A stretch of 64,000 bases of DNA, from the NCBI GenBank assembly GCA_943371705.1, contig CALRVV010000004.1, positions 157,858-221,857 on the forward strand, written 5' to 3'. The stretch comes from Chitinophaga pinensis. Its GTDB lineage: Bacteria > Bacteroidota > Bacteroidia > Chitinophagales > Chitinophagaceae. This document shows, one piece after another, positions 44,971 to 54,702 of the stretch (position 1 is the stretch's first letter; every line of letters starts with the position of its first letter). The notes below the pieces were generated by a model, which saw nothing but the letters and a program-made list of their open reading frames with translations, made no database searches and had not been told where the DNA came from. The translations under genes and the position numbers were made by a program.

Positions 44971-47103
44971 ATGGCAACATACGATTCCAAACATGTAAAA
45001 AATATTGCCCTGCTGGGGCATGCAGGCTCTGGTAAAACCACGCTGGCCGAATGCATGCTGTTTGAAGCAGGTATTACAAAACGCCGCGGAAGTATTGCAG
45101 CAAAAAACACTGTGAGTGATTATCACGAGCTTGAAATTGAAAGGCAAAGTTCGGTATTCTCTTCGCTGCTGCATACCACCTGGAAAGATTTTAAGATCAA
45201 TATTATAGACACACCCGGTTACGATGATTTTGCCGGGGAAGTCATCAGTGCACTGCGGGTAGCTGATACCGGTGTAATCGTATTAAATGCTGCCATGGGG
45301 GTAGAAGTGGGAACTGATATTATCTGGGATTATACCAATATGTTTAAAACGCCTTCTGTTTTTGTGGTAAACCAGCTGGATCATGAAGATGCCGACTTTG
45401 ACCGTACACTGGCCGATGCCCAAAGCCATTTTGGAAACCAGGTAGTAGCTGTTCAATACCCGGTGGAAACCGGTGCCGGCTTTAATTGCATTGTTGATGT
45501 GCTCAACATGATCATGTACCAATATGGTCCCGATGGCGGCAAGCCCGAAAAAGTGCAGATACCTGAAGCCGAAAAAGAAAAGGCCGACCGGTTGCATAAG
45601 GAATTGATCGAAACCATCGCATCAAATGATGAGACCCTGATGGAAAAATATTTTGAGCAGGGTGAACTTACCGAAGACGAGATGAAGGCCGGCCTGCATA
45701 CTTCCATGATCAGGCACGATATTTTTCCGCTGTTCTGTGCATCTGCTGAAAAAAATATGGGTATTGGCCGTATCATGAGTTTTATAGATTATGTATGCCC
45801 TGCACCAAATGAAATGCCTGCACAAAAGACCAAGGCCGGTACAGAGCTGCCTTGTGATGTGAACGGGCCTGCCTGCATATTTATATTTAAAACCATTATA
45901 GAGCCGCATATTGGCGAGCTTAGTTTGTTTAAAGTATATAGCGGCAGTGTAAAAACAGGGATGGAACTGGTAAATGAAAATACCGGGGTTACTGAAAAGA
46001 TAAGCCAGTTGTTTTTAATGGAAGGCCATAACCGTGTACCGGTACAGGAACTGGTGGCCGGCGATATTGGTGCTACCATCAAACTAAGGTCAACCCATGT
46101 TAACAACACCTTGCATGAAAAGGGAATAAACCTGGAACTGGAACCCATTGTTTTTCCAAAAGCCAATGTTACTGTAGCTATTTCGGTAGTAAATAAGGGC
46201 GATGAAGAAAAATTATCCAATGCACTGCATACTTTAAGGGAAGAAGATGCCAGCATGCATTTTGAAGTATCGCCCGAAATAAAGCAAACGCTGGTGCATT
46301 GCCAGGGCGAGCTGCACCTGAGGGTTTTGCAATGGAAGATCGATCATATTCATAAACTGGAAGTAAAGTTTGAAAAACCCAAGATCCCATACCGCGAAAC
46401 CATTGGCAGGAAGGCAGAATCCAGTTACCGCCACAAAAAACAAAGCGGCGGTGCCGGGCAGTTTGCCGAAGTGTACCTGCGTATTGAACCCTGGTATGAG
46501 GGTATACCTAATCCCGAAGGGCTTAACCTGCGCAATAAGGACGAAATAGACCTGGACTGGGGTGGCAAACTGGTATTTTGTAATTGTATTGTTGGTGGTG
46601 CCATAGATACCCGTTTTCTTCCGTCTATTTTAAAAGGCGTGATGGAAAAAATGCAGAACGGGCCATTAACCGGAAGTTATGCCCGGGATATACGGGTGAG
46701 TGTGTATGACGGCAAGATGCATGATGTGGACAGCAATGATATTTCATTTAAAATTGCAGGGTTACAGGCATTCAGGCAGGCATTTATTGAAGCCGATCCG
46801 CAATTGCTGGAGCCTATTTATACCGTGGAAGTATTTTGTCCTGATGAAATGGTGGGTGCTGTAATGGGCGATCTGCAAACCCGTATGGGTGTGGTAGAGG
46901 GTATGCAGGCCGAAGGGCATTTTGAAAAAATAACAGCTAAAGTACCGCTGGCGCAAATGCATCAATATTCATCATCGCTGCGCAGTTTAACGCAGGGGCG
47001 TGCCAGGTTCAATATGTTCTTCAGTTCGTATGCGCCTGTGGCATATGAAGTGCAGCGCAAACTGATGGAAGCACACAGCAAGCATGAGGTGTTGCCGGAT
47101 TAA
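44971..47103 (+). CDS. fusA: Elongation factor G paralog (EF-G2 type)
   Basis: Five-domain EF-G layout with non-canonical G motifs GHAGSGKTT, RQSSV, DTPG, NQLD; insert in domain IV. Confidence 0.9.
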   Translation: MATYDSKHVKNIALLGHAGSGKTTLAECMLFEAGITKRRGSIAAKNTVSDYHELEIERQSSVFSSLLHTTWKDFKINIIDTPGYDDFAGEVISALRVADTGVIVLNAAMGVEVGTDIIWDYTNMFKTPSVFVVNQLDHEDADFDRTLADAQSHFGNQVVAVQYPVETGAGFNCIVDVLNMIMYQYGPDGGKPEKVQIPEAEKEKADRLHKELIETIASNDETLMEKYFEQGELTEDEMKAGLHTSMIRHDIFPLFCASAEKNMGIGRIMSFIDYVCPAPNEMPAQKTKAGTELPCDVNGPACIFIFKTIIEPHIGELSLFKVYSGSVKTGMELVNENTGVTEKISQLFLMEGHNRVPVQELVAGDIGATIKLRSTHVNNTLHEKGINLELEPIVFPKANVTVAISVVNKGDEEKLSNALHTLREEDASMHFEVSPEIKQTLVHCQGELHLRVLQWKIDHIHKLEVKFEKPKIPYRETIGRKAESSYRHKKQSGGAGQFAEVYLRIEPWYEGIPNPEGLNLRNKDEIDLDWGGKLVFCNCIVGGAIDTRFLPSILKGVMEKMQNGPLTGSYARDIRVSVYDGKMHDVDSNDISFKIAGLQAFRQAFIEADPQLLEPIYTVEVFCPDEMVGAVMGDLQTRMGVVEGMQAEGHFEKITAKVPLAQMHQYSSSLRSLTQGRARFNMFFSSYAPVAYEVQRKLMEAHSKHEVLPD

Positions 47104-47121
47104 GCAATACGCAAACCTGGT

Positions 47122-47988
47122 CTATTGCTTTGCAGCTGCAGCAGTTTCTCTTTTTTGCTGCGCTGCAAGAATAGCAGCCAGGTAAGGTGTGGTTTGATCC
47201 TGAATTTCAGCTTCGGTAATATCCAATGCATGGGGATTGGTGGTTAGCTGCAACCAGGGTTTGGGCGCATCAAAAGGATAACTGCCAAAAACAATTACTG
47301 CTGTTCCGTTTGCCAGAACAGTTTCTTTGCCATCCAATATCCACTCATCAGCCCATTCATATAAATAGCGGGCATCTTTTTCGGGCAGGCGCAGGCAGGA
47401 GTGAGATGCTGGATAACCCGGCATGGCATACTGATGCCATCCCACGCCATCTTTATTGGCAATATTAAAATTCCACAGCAGTTCCCATTCGTCGTTAACG
47501 GTGCTGATTGTTTTCTCTGCTTTCCAGTTGGCATAAAAAAGTCCGGTTGGTGTTGGGTCTTTTTTACGGCCCATATTAGTTGGGCCGGTGTGCATTAATA
47601 TGCCGTTTTCGTAAGTGCCAAATGTTTGGGTTGGATAACTGAAGAAAATGATTTTGTTGATGTTTGCCAGGTAAGGAACGTTTAAAGGAAAAGGAAGATA
47701 GTAGGCAATGTCACCGGTCATATCTGCCGGTATGATTACCGTATCCATTTGTGCAAAGCCGGCCTTATCGGTTCTGTTAGCTGCCAGTACAATGTGTAAC
47801 TGGTTGCTGTCTTTATTGGCAAGCAACCATTGCTTTGAATTGGCCAGTTGGTAGGTAACTGTTTTGGGCTGTTGGCGCTGCGGGGGTTGTTTTAACGTAA
47901 GTTTTTTTTCTTTTTTTGTGCTGCATGATAATAAAACAGTAATACAAAAAGATAAAAAGATGGTGGCGTTTTTTATGGTGTTTTTCAT
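47122..47988 (-). CDS. L,D-transpeptidase (YkuD) family lipoprotein
   Basis: Lipobox LLSC; GWHQYAMPGYPASHSCLRL catalytic motif; start at MKNTIK. Confidence 0.88.
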   Translation of the reverse strand: MKNTIKNATIFLSFCITVLLSCSTKKEKKLTLKQPPQRQQPKTVTYQLANSKQWLLANKDSNQLHIVLAANRTDKAGFAQMDTVIIPADMTGDIAYYLPFPLNVPYLANINKIIFFSYPTQTFGTYENGILMHTGPTNMGRKKDPTPTGLFYANWKAEKTISTVNDEWELLWNFNIANKDGVGWHQYAMPGYPASHSCLRLPEKDARYLYEWADEWILDGKETVLANGTAVIVFGSYPFDAPKPWLQLTTNPHALDITEAEIQDQTTPYLAAILAAQQKRETAAAAKQ

Positions 47989-48150
47989 GGGGTAAATATG
48001 CACGCTATATTTTTAAAAAGGTTACATGATTACCGGAATGCATTGTATTATTCACACATTCCACTGTATTATCTTTTCTCAAAACTACCCGCCCATCACT
48101 TTTTGTATTTTTAGTTGCCAAAGCGTATTTACATTGCATAAATTTTCTTT

Positions 48151-49209
48151 ATGAAAAAGATACTTGTTTTGTTTTTGCTGAGCCTGGCGGCAAAAGACAT
48201 GATTGCCTGTACCACTTTCTGCATCAATAAAAACGGCCAGATCGTTTTTGGCAGAAACTACGACTGGGTAACCGGTGCCGGCATTGCAAATACAAACCAG
48301 CGTGGCCTGTTTAAAACTTCTATGAAAGTTGGCAATGCTTCAACCATAAGCTGGATATCGGCCTATGGCAGCATCACTTTTAACCAATACGGCAAGGAAT
48401 TTCCTACGGGAGGCATGAATGAAAAGGGGCTTGTGGTGGAACTGATGTGGCTGGATGGAGCAAGTTACCCTGCCGCCGACAACAGGCCGGCCCTGGGCGT
48501 TTTGCAATGGGTACAATACCAGCTGGATAATGCAGCAACAGTAGCAGAAGTTATACAATCTGATACTAAAATACGCATTGACGAAAATGATACACCATTA
48601 CATTACCTGGTGGCAGATGCAGCCGGTAATGTAGCCGCTATTGAATTTCTGAATGGTAAAATGATGGTGCATAAAGAAGCGGAACTTCCTTTTCCCGTAC
48701 TTACCAACGATACTTATGCATCATCTGTACAAACAGCGAGGCCAATTGTTGAAAAAGGTTCAGGAATTTCTTTAAATAGCAATTCGCTTGACCGTTTTGT
48801 AAAGGCCTGCAGTATGGTTAAAAAATTCAACGAAACCCAAATGGATGTACCGGTTACAGATTTTGCATTTTCAATTCTGGATAAAGTGGCACAGGGCAGT
48901 TATACCAAATGGAGCATTGTGTACGATATCAGCCATAAAAGAATTCATTTTAAAACTGATGCCAACAGAAATGTAAAGACCATTCAGTTTGAGGTTTTTG
49001 ATTTTGCCTGCAATAATCCTGCAACCATGTTCAATATGAACCAGGATGGTAAAGGGGATATCAGCAAACAGTTTATTTTACCTGATATAAAAATAAAGCA
49101 GCAGGTTTTGCACCAGGCTGTAACCGGGAGCAGCAGCCGGGTAACCATCAGCAAAAAAGAAGAAGAGGAGTTGCTGGGTTATGAAGCAGGCGTAAGCTGT
49201 AAGCTGTGA
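48151..49209 (+). CDS. Linear amide C-N hydrolase (choloylglycine hydrolase / penicillin V acylase family)
   Basis: Signal peptide then nucleophile CTTF, GRNYDW, GMNEKGL, VLTND. Confidence 0.9.
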   Translation: MKKILVLFLLSLAAKDMIACTTFCINKNGQIVFGRNYDWVTGAGIANTNQRGLFKTSMKVGNASTISWISAYGSITFNQYGKEFPTGGMNEKGLVVELMWLDGASYPAADNRPALGVLQWVQYQLDNAATVAEVIQSDTKIRIDENDTPLHYLVADAAGNVAAIEFLNGKMMVHKEAELPFPVLTNDTYASSVQTARPIVEKGSGISLNSNSLDRFVKACSMVKKFNETQMDVPVTDFAFSILDKVAQGSYTKWSIVYDISHKRIHFKTDANRNVKTIQFEVFDFACNNPATMFNMNQDGKGDISKQFILPDIKIKQQVLHQAVTGSSSRVTISKKEEEELLGYEAGVSCKL

Positions 49210-49215
49210 TTTGTT

Positions 49216-50136
49216 TTACAAATACCTGTTTGAAAAGGCCACTGCTATTTTAGCACCCAATGCTGCATTGTGCAATATCAATGCAATGTTTGACTGCAGG
49301 CTTTCTCCGTCGGTATGGTCTGCCAGGTATTTTAATAAGAAGGGGGTAATTTTTTTTCCTTTGATATGCTGCCGTTCTGCAGCTTCCAATGCTTTGCGGA
49401 TATGTATTTCCATTTCATCTTTTGGTATTTCCTGTGCCGGCGGTACCGGGTTTGCGATCAGTACCGAGCCTTCAAGCCCCATGGCCCATTTGGTGTGCAG
49501 CATGGCCGCAATCTCTTTGGGCGTTTCCAAACGCAGGGGAGATGCAAAGCCGCTTTTGGAAGAATAAAAGCCAGGGAACTCATCCTGTGCAATAGTAACA
49601 ACAGGGATGCCTTTTGTTTCCAGATATTCCAGTGTAAGCTCAATATCCAGTATTGATTTGATACCTGCCGATATAACGGCAACTGAGGTTTGTGCCATCT
49701 CGGTGAGGTCGGCAGAAATATCCATGCTGCCGGGTGCACCACGGTGTACACCACCTGTACCACCGGTCACAAAAATTTTTATGCCTGCCATGGCTGCAAT
49801 GCGCATGGTTGCAGCCACGGTGGTGGCACCATTTAATTTTTTGCAGAGCACGTAAGGCATATCACGCAGGCTTACTTTCCATACGCCCTGCGCATTTCCA
49901 AAAAATTCAAGCTGCTTTTGGGTTAAACCCACATAGCATTTTCCATCCATGATGGCAATGGTAGCCGGTATAGCTCCGTTGGAACGTACCACCGCTTCCA
50001 CAGCCAATGCAGTTTCCACATTTTTTGGGTAAGGCATGCCATGCGAAATGATGGTGCTTTCCAATGCAACAACCGGTTTGCCCTGTTCCAGAGCCTGTTG
50101 TATTTCGGGTAAGATGTGTATAAGAGAATGGCTCAT
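49216..50136 (-). CDS. psuG: Pseudouridine-5'-phosphate glycosidase
   Basis: VALESTIISHGMPYP, VSLRD, ATTVAAT, GGVHRG, DISADL. Confidence 0.95.
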   Translation of the reverse strand: MSHSLIHILPEIQQALEQGKPVVALESTIISHGMPYPKNVETALAVEAVVRSNGAIPATIAIMDGKCYVGLTQKQLEFFGNAQGVWKVSLRDMPYVLCKKLNGATTVAATMRIAAMAGIKIFVTGGTGGVHRGAPGSMDISADLTEMAQTSVAVISAGIKSILDIELTLEYLETKGIPVVTIAQDEFPGFYSSKSGFASPLRLETPKEIAAMLHTKWAMGLEGSVLIANPVPPAQEIPKDEMEIHIRKALEAAERQHIKGKKITPFLLKYLADHTDGESLQSNIALILHNAALGAKIAVAFSNRYL

Positions 50137-51062
50137 TATTCTTCGTAGTATTTAGAAACCAGTTGTAAAAGTTTTTCCTGGTTAAGGTGGGTGGCTATAG
50201 CACCTTTAACCTGTAAGATCTCGGCGCTTAACGTATGGGCTGTACGCAGGCTGTTGAGGTTGTCTTTGCCAAAATATTTCGACAGGATAAAACCGCTTAC
50301 TGAGCCATCGCCTGCACCGGTACAATCTACCACGTTGGCATTGGGTGCATTCAGTTGCAGGGTTTCTGTTTTTTTGTACAGTGCAGATCCATCAACGCCC
50401 TGGTGCAGCCAGATATATTGTACGCCACGGTCAAACAGTTCTTTTATCTGTTCATCTGTGGTTAAGGCAGTATCACTGCACAATGCCGGCAATTCATCTT
50501 CGTTGGGCGTAATTAAATACAGCCCGTTGAAATTGGCGGCAGCTACCTTTTTTGCAGGAGGTACCGATACCGGCTCAATGATCATCCTTATTTTATTGAG
50601 GTTGGTAAACTGTATCAGCCAGTTAATAGATTCCACGCTGATGTTGGCATCCACCAATACATAGGCAGCTGTGCTTAAAAGGGCTTCTTTTTCCTGTAAA
50701 TATTCAGGAGTGATTAAATGCAATGCGGCATTGGTGAGCAGGGCAGTAAACATAGATCCATCTGTATTGATGATGGCGGTATATTTACCGGTTGGTACGG
50801 GTGCAGTAATGGATGCATCCAGTTGCATACCAGTATCGGTACACGCGGTTTTCAACCATTCGCCATCAGCATCATTGCCAAAAACAGAAATAAGCTGAAC
50901 AGGAATATCGAGTATGGAAAGCTGGTGGGCAATATTACGGGCCACACCGCCAGCTGTGCGGGTACTGCTTACTTCGTTGGTGGTATGCATCAGCATTTTT
51001 TCACGTGCATGAAAGAGCTCGTCAACCAACGCAGCGCCTATGCAGATAACAGGTTTTGACAT
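50136..51062 (-). CDS. PfkB family kinase, probable pseudouridine kinase
   Basis: GGVARNIA, TPNEDE, DCTGAGD; 1-nt overlap with psuG. Confidence 0.88.
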   Translation of the reverse strand: MSKPVICIGAALVDELFHAREKMLMHTTNEVSSTRTAGGVARNIAHQLSILDIPVQLISVFGNDADGEWLKTACTDTGMQLDASITAPVPTGKYTAIINTDGSMFTALLTNAALHLITPEYLQEKEALLSTAAYVLVDANISVESINWLIQFTNLNKIRMIIEPVSVPPAKKVAAANFNGLYLITPNEDELPALCSDTALTTDEQIKELFDRGVQYIWLHQGVDGSALYKKTETLQLNAPNANVVDCTGAGDGSVSGFILSKYFGKDNLNSLRTAHTLSAEILQVKGAIATHLNQEKLLQLVSKYYEE

Positions 51063-51165
51063 GGGGCAAAAGTACTGAAACTTATTGTTGCTGATGAATT
51101 TTGGTTATTTTACCGGTGATGGAAATTTTGTGTTATGCTTAACCCGTATGCAATAACCACCAAAT

Positions 51166-51193
51166 AAAACATCCGCCTGCCGGCGGATGTTTT
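51166..51193. terminator. Palindrome / probable lpdA terminator
   Basis: AAAACATCCGCC-tgcc-GGCGGATGTTTT; arms match 16291-16308. Confidence 0.65.
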
Positions 51194-51245
51194 ATTATAC
51201 AGTTGAGCATTTCGTTTTTAAAATTTCACTTTTAAACAATCAGGC

Positions 51246-51326
51246 TGTCAGCCTGTACCGATAGCTATCGGGATGTAGAAGCCGGGTTCGTTCCTGTACA
51301 CCGGTTTCGACAAGCTCAACCTGACA
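51246..51326. repeat. REP-like inverted-arm element (TTCGACAAGCTCA type) carrying an inserted 18-bp palindrome
   Basis: Right arm GGTTTCGACAAGCTCAACCTGACA; left arm TGTCAGCCTG[TACCGATAGCTATCGGGA]TGTAGAAGCC. Confidence 0.75.
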
Positions 51327-51352
51327 TACTTCTTTAACAGGTACAGCATTGT

Positions 51353-52741
51353 TTAAATATCCGTAGCCTCTCCGTAAGCCACAGCAGTAGCTTCTTTCAA
51401 AGCTTCGCTCATGGTAGGGTGAGGGTGTACGGCATTTAATATTTCGTGTGCGGTGGTTTCCAGTTTGCGGGCAACCACAGCTTCGGCGATCATATCGGTT
51501 ACCCCGGCGCCAATGATATGGCATCCTAAAAACTCGCCGTATTTGGCATCATAGATCACTTTTACAAAACCTTCGGTAGCACCGGCAGCAACTGCTTTGC
51601 CACTGGCAACAAAAGGAAACTTACCCACTTTCAGTTCGTATCCGGCCTCTTTGGCCGCTTTTTCGGTGTAACCCACGCTGGCAATCTCAGGACTGCAATA
51701 CGTGCAACCCGGTATATTGTTGTAATCCATAGGCTCGGGATGGTGGCCGCTTAAATGCTCGGCCGCATTGATGCCTTCTTTGCTGGCCACATGTGCAAGT
51801 GCCTGTCCGGGTGTACAATCGCCAATGGCATATATGCCCGGTATATTGGTTTGCCCGTTTGCATCCACAATGATCTTTCCTTTATCGGTTTTTATGCCCA
51901 ATGCTTCGAGGCCTATGTTTTCAATATTGGCAACCACACCCACAGCGCTTAATAAAATATCGGCTTCCAGCATGACCTCGCCGGTTTGACTTTTTACTTT
52001 TGCTTTAACACCGGCGCCACTTGTATCAACACTGATCACTTCGCTGCTGGTCATGATCGTCATACCCTGCTTTTTGAAATTCTTTTCCAGTTCCTTGCTG
52101 ATGTCTTCGTCTTCAACAGGTACCAGCCTGGGCATAAACTCAACCATGGTAACTTTAGTGCCCATGCTGTTGTAGAAATAGGCAAACTCGCTGCCTATGG
52201 CGCCGCTTCCGCATATGATCATGCTTTTGGGTTGCTCCGGTAAAACCATCGCTTCGCGGTAACCTATTATTTTTTTACCATCAATGGGCATGCTAGGTAA
52301 GGCACGTGCCCTGCCGCCTGTGGCGATGATGATATTTTTTGCTTCAACAATTTGTTTGGTACCATCGGCTGCGGTTACTTCCAGTTTGTTGGCAGCAATC
52401 AATTTACCGTTACCCATGATCACCTCTATCTTATTCTTCTTCATCAAAAACTGGATGCCTTTGCTCATTTTATCGGCAACACCCCGGCTGCGGCTGATGA
52501 CCCCGCCAAAATTATGCGTTGGATTCTCTACATTGATGCCATAGTTATTGGCATGTTTTGCATATTCATATACCTGGGCGCTTTTTAACAATGCCTTGGT
52601 AGGTATACATCCCCAGTTGAGGCAAACGCCGCCGAGGCTTTCACGTTCTACAATTGCCACTTTTTTACCAAGCTGACTTGCTCTGATTGCTGCGGGATAT
52701 CCACCGGGACCACTGCCGAGTACTATTACGTCGTATGCCAT
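51353..52741 (-). CDS. lpdA: Dihydrolipoyl dehydrogenase
   Basis: GSGPGG, CLNWGCIPTK, GSGAIG, C-terminal HPTMSE. Confidence 0.95.
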   Translation of the reverse strand: MAYDVIVLGSGPGGYPAAIRASQLGKKVAIVERESLGGVCLNWGCIPTKALLKSAQVYEYAKHANNYGINVENPTHNFGGVISRSRGVADKMSKGIQFLMKKNKIEVIMGNGKLIAANKLEVTAADGTKQIVEAKNIIIATGGRARALPSMPIDGKKIIGYREAMVLPEQPKSMIICGSGAIGSEFAYFYNSMGTKVTMVEFMPRLVPVEDEDISKELEKNFKKQGMTIMTSSEVISVDTSGAGVKAKVKSQTGEVMLEADILLSAVGVVANIENIGLEALGIKTDKGKIIVDANGQTNIPGIYAIGDCTPGQALAHVASKEGINAAEHLSGHHPEPMDYNNIPGCTYCSPEIASVGYTEKAAKEAGYELKVGKFPFVASGKAVAAGATEGFVKVIYDAKYGEFLGCHIIGAGVTDMIAEAVVARKLETTAHEILNAVHPHPTMSEALKEATAVAYGEATDI

Positions 52742-52749
52742 GTTTATAA

Positions 52750-52777
52750 TTTTAGATTTTAGATTGTCGATTTTAGA
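52750..52777. repeat. Heptamer tandem array, 4x TTTTAGA-like
   Basis: TTTTAGA TTTTAGA TTGTCGA TTTTAGA just upstream of the lpdA ATG. Confidence 0.75.
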
Positions 52778-52919
52778 ATTATTTATTGCAATGAGACTGC
52801 TTTTTATTGCAGGCTGGCTGCAAATTTAAACTGAAAGGGGGGATTAGCCAAAAGCTAATTTAGGGGCCGTTTTAACGTTTTGTATAGTCCGTTCAAGTCA
52901 TTTCTATGTATTTTTAAGG

Positions 52920-53834
52920 ATGATTAAAAGAATTCTGTTTTTGTTTACACTGGTGGCTTGTGTGCAGATTGTACAGGGCCAAACGATCCCCAAATGGAAG
53001 ATGGATGATGTGGTAAGGTCCTTTTCGGCCAAAAACGATACCACTTATGTGGTTAATTTCTGGGCAACCTTTTGTAAGCCTTGCATTGAAGAAATTCCCG
53101 CTTTTATACGCATTACAGACAGGTATAAAAGTAAAAAGGTAAAATTGCTGCTGGTGAGTATAGACCTGCCCTCGTATGTTGCGGCAAGGCTTCCGGCCTT
53201 TATTAAAAAGAATAATTTTAAAACCAATCATGTATGGCTGAATGAAACCGATGCCGACATTTTTTGCCCTAAGATCGATGCGAAATGGAGCGGTGCCATA
53301 CCCGCTACCATTATTGTAAACAACAAAACGGGCTATAAAAAATTTGCAGAAGACCAGATAAGCCCGGAAGAATTTGAAAGATACCTGGACGAAGCGATAA
53401 GCGGAACTGCTGCAAAAAAATATATGGCACCCATGAATGATGCTGTGGCCATTTATGATGACCCCAAAGACACGGCTCACGTGAAAAAGGAGTTTGTTAC
53501 GTTTAAATCAAGTGACAGTTCGGTTTATTCCATTGCCGGAGGAAAAGTGAGTACGATTGCCAAAATTGATCACATGAAAGTAGTGATCATTGAAAAGGAT
53601 AATTTTTTTTATACCTATTCAAACCTGGGGTCTACTTTAATAAAAAAAGGCGACGAGGTCAAGCCAAACCAGTTGATCGGTTATGCTGCATTTGACCTGG
53701 ATAAATACAGGCCAACGGTAGAACTTTATATTTCCAGTGCAGATGAATTTTTAGTACTGACCAGGGATAATTTTATAAAGCGAAGTGACAAGCGGCTCAC
53801 AGATCATTCAATTGATTCCAACGATCCTCAATAA
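52920..53834 (+). CDS. TlpA-like thioredoxin fused to a degenerate M23 (LytM) domain
   Basis: VNFWATFCKPC redox motif; C-terminal SVYSIAGGKV...YTYSNL...KKGDEVKPNQLIG LytM-like pattern lacking Zn ligands. Confidence 0.75.
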   Translation: MIKRILFLFTLVACVQIVQGQTIPKWKMDDVVRSFSAKNDTTYVVNFWATFCKPCIEEIPAFIRITDRYKSKKVKLLLVSIDLPSYVAARLPAFIKKNNFKTNHVWLNETDADIFCPKIDAKWSGAIPATIIVNNKTGYKKFAEDQISPEEFERYLDEAISGTAAKKYMAPMNDAVAIYDDPKDTAHVKKEFVTFKSSDSSVYSIAGGKVSTIAKIDHMKVVIIEKDNFFYTYSNLGSTLIKKGDEVKPNQLIGYAAFDLDKYRPTVELYISSADEFLVLTRDNFIKRSDKRLTDHSIDSNDPQ

Positions 53835-53921
53835 AATAATTTCAGGTACTTTATTTGATCAGGAGGGTTTTAGATACAGGCTTTTGCCTTCCCTGCCGGC
53901 GGTGCAACTACTGGTAAAAAT

Positions 53922-53959
53922 AAAAGATCAGTTTGCTTATAACAGCAAACTGATCTTTT
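53922..53959. terminator. Bidirectional terminator
   Basis: AAAAGATCAGTTTGCT-tataac-AGCAAACTGATCTTTT. Confidence 0.85.
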
Positions 53960-53994
53960 TATAATAATGCGCTTTATATGATCTTAATCCCCAA

Positions 53995-54022
53995 CTAAAA
54001 ACTAAAAACTCAGAACTCAAAA
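53995..54022 (-). repeat. Heptamer tandem array, 4x TTYTKAG
   Basis: Minus strand TTTTGAG TTCTGAG TTTTTAG TTTTTAG, 3 nt after the stop at 54026. Confidence 0.75.
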
Positions 54023-54025
54023 CAA

Positions 54026-54652
54026 TTACAATCCTCCTGATTCCGATTTTTTCATTCGCTTGATCGTGCATCCTACACTCTTGCTTTCTTTAACAGAAAT
54101 TTCTTTTCCGCCAGCCATTTCATTAATGGCCTCCTGCAGGTGAACCCGTGTAATGGCAGCAGCATCAGCGGGGCTGTTGTCTATGGCGCCATGATAAACC
54201 AGTTTTAAATTCTTGTCAAACAAAAAACATTCGGGTGTGCGGTTGGCACCAAATGCATCGGCCACTTCGTGGTACTTATCAACCACATAATTCCATTGGT
54301 ATCCCTGGACTTTGGCATAAGCCTGCATGGCATTAAAACTGTCATCTTTTCTACGTAAAGCCTCATTGCTGTTTAAAATAATTACGCCTACATCATTAGC
54401 TGTTGCAAATTTACTGATGGCTATTGTGCGTTCCTGGTTCTTGATCACATACGGACAGGTATTGCAACTAAACATGACCAATACGCCATTTGCCCTTGCT
54501 GCATCTTTCATGGCCACTTCCTTTCCGGAAATGTCCTTCATTTTACGATCGGATTTGGGCATGGTGCTGCCAACCGGAAGCGGGTCGACGGTGGTAAAAG
54601 CAAGTATTGCTAAACACGCAATCGCAATAAAACTAAAAAGTACCTTTTTCAT
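54026..54652 (-). CDS. Exported thioredoxin/redoxin family protein
   Basis: Signal peptide; VMFSCNTCPYV, FGANRTPECFLFD, YHGAIDN, SVGCTIK. Confidence 0.88.
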   Translation of the reverse strand: MKKVLFSFIAIACLAILAFTTVDPLPVGSTMPKSDRKMKDISGKEVAMKDAARANGVLVMFSCNTCPYVIKNQERTIAISKFATANDVGVIILNSNEALRRKDDSFNAMQAYAKVQGYQWNYVVDKYHEVADAFGANRTPECFLFDKNLKLVYHGAIDNSPADAAAITRVHLQEAINEMAGGKEISVKESKSVGCTIKRMKKSESGGL

Positions 54653-54702
54653 ATTTGAACATTTTTTAAAATTAAGTAATCCTGAAGTATTTGATATGCC
54701 GC

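Noticed and set aside
49216-51062. psuG with PfkB kinase as a novel pathway
   Set aside because: Matches the known pseudouridine salvage pair.
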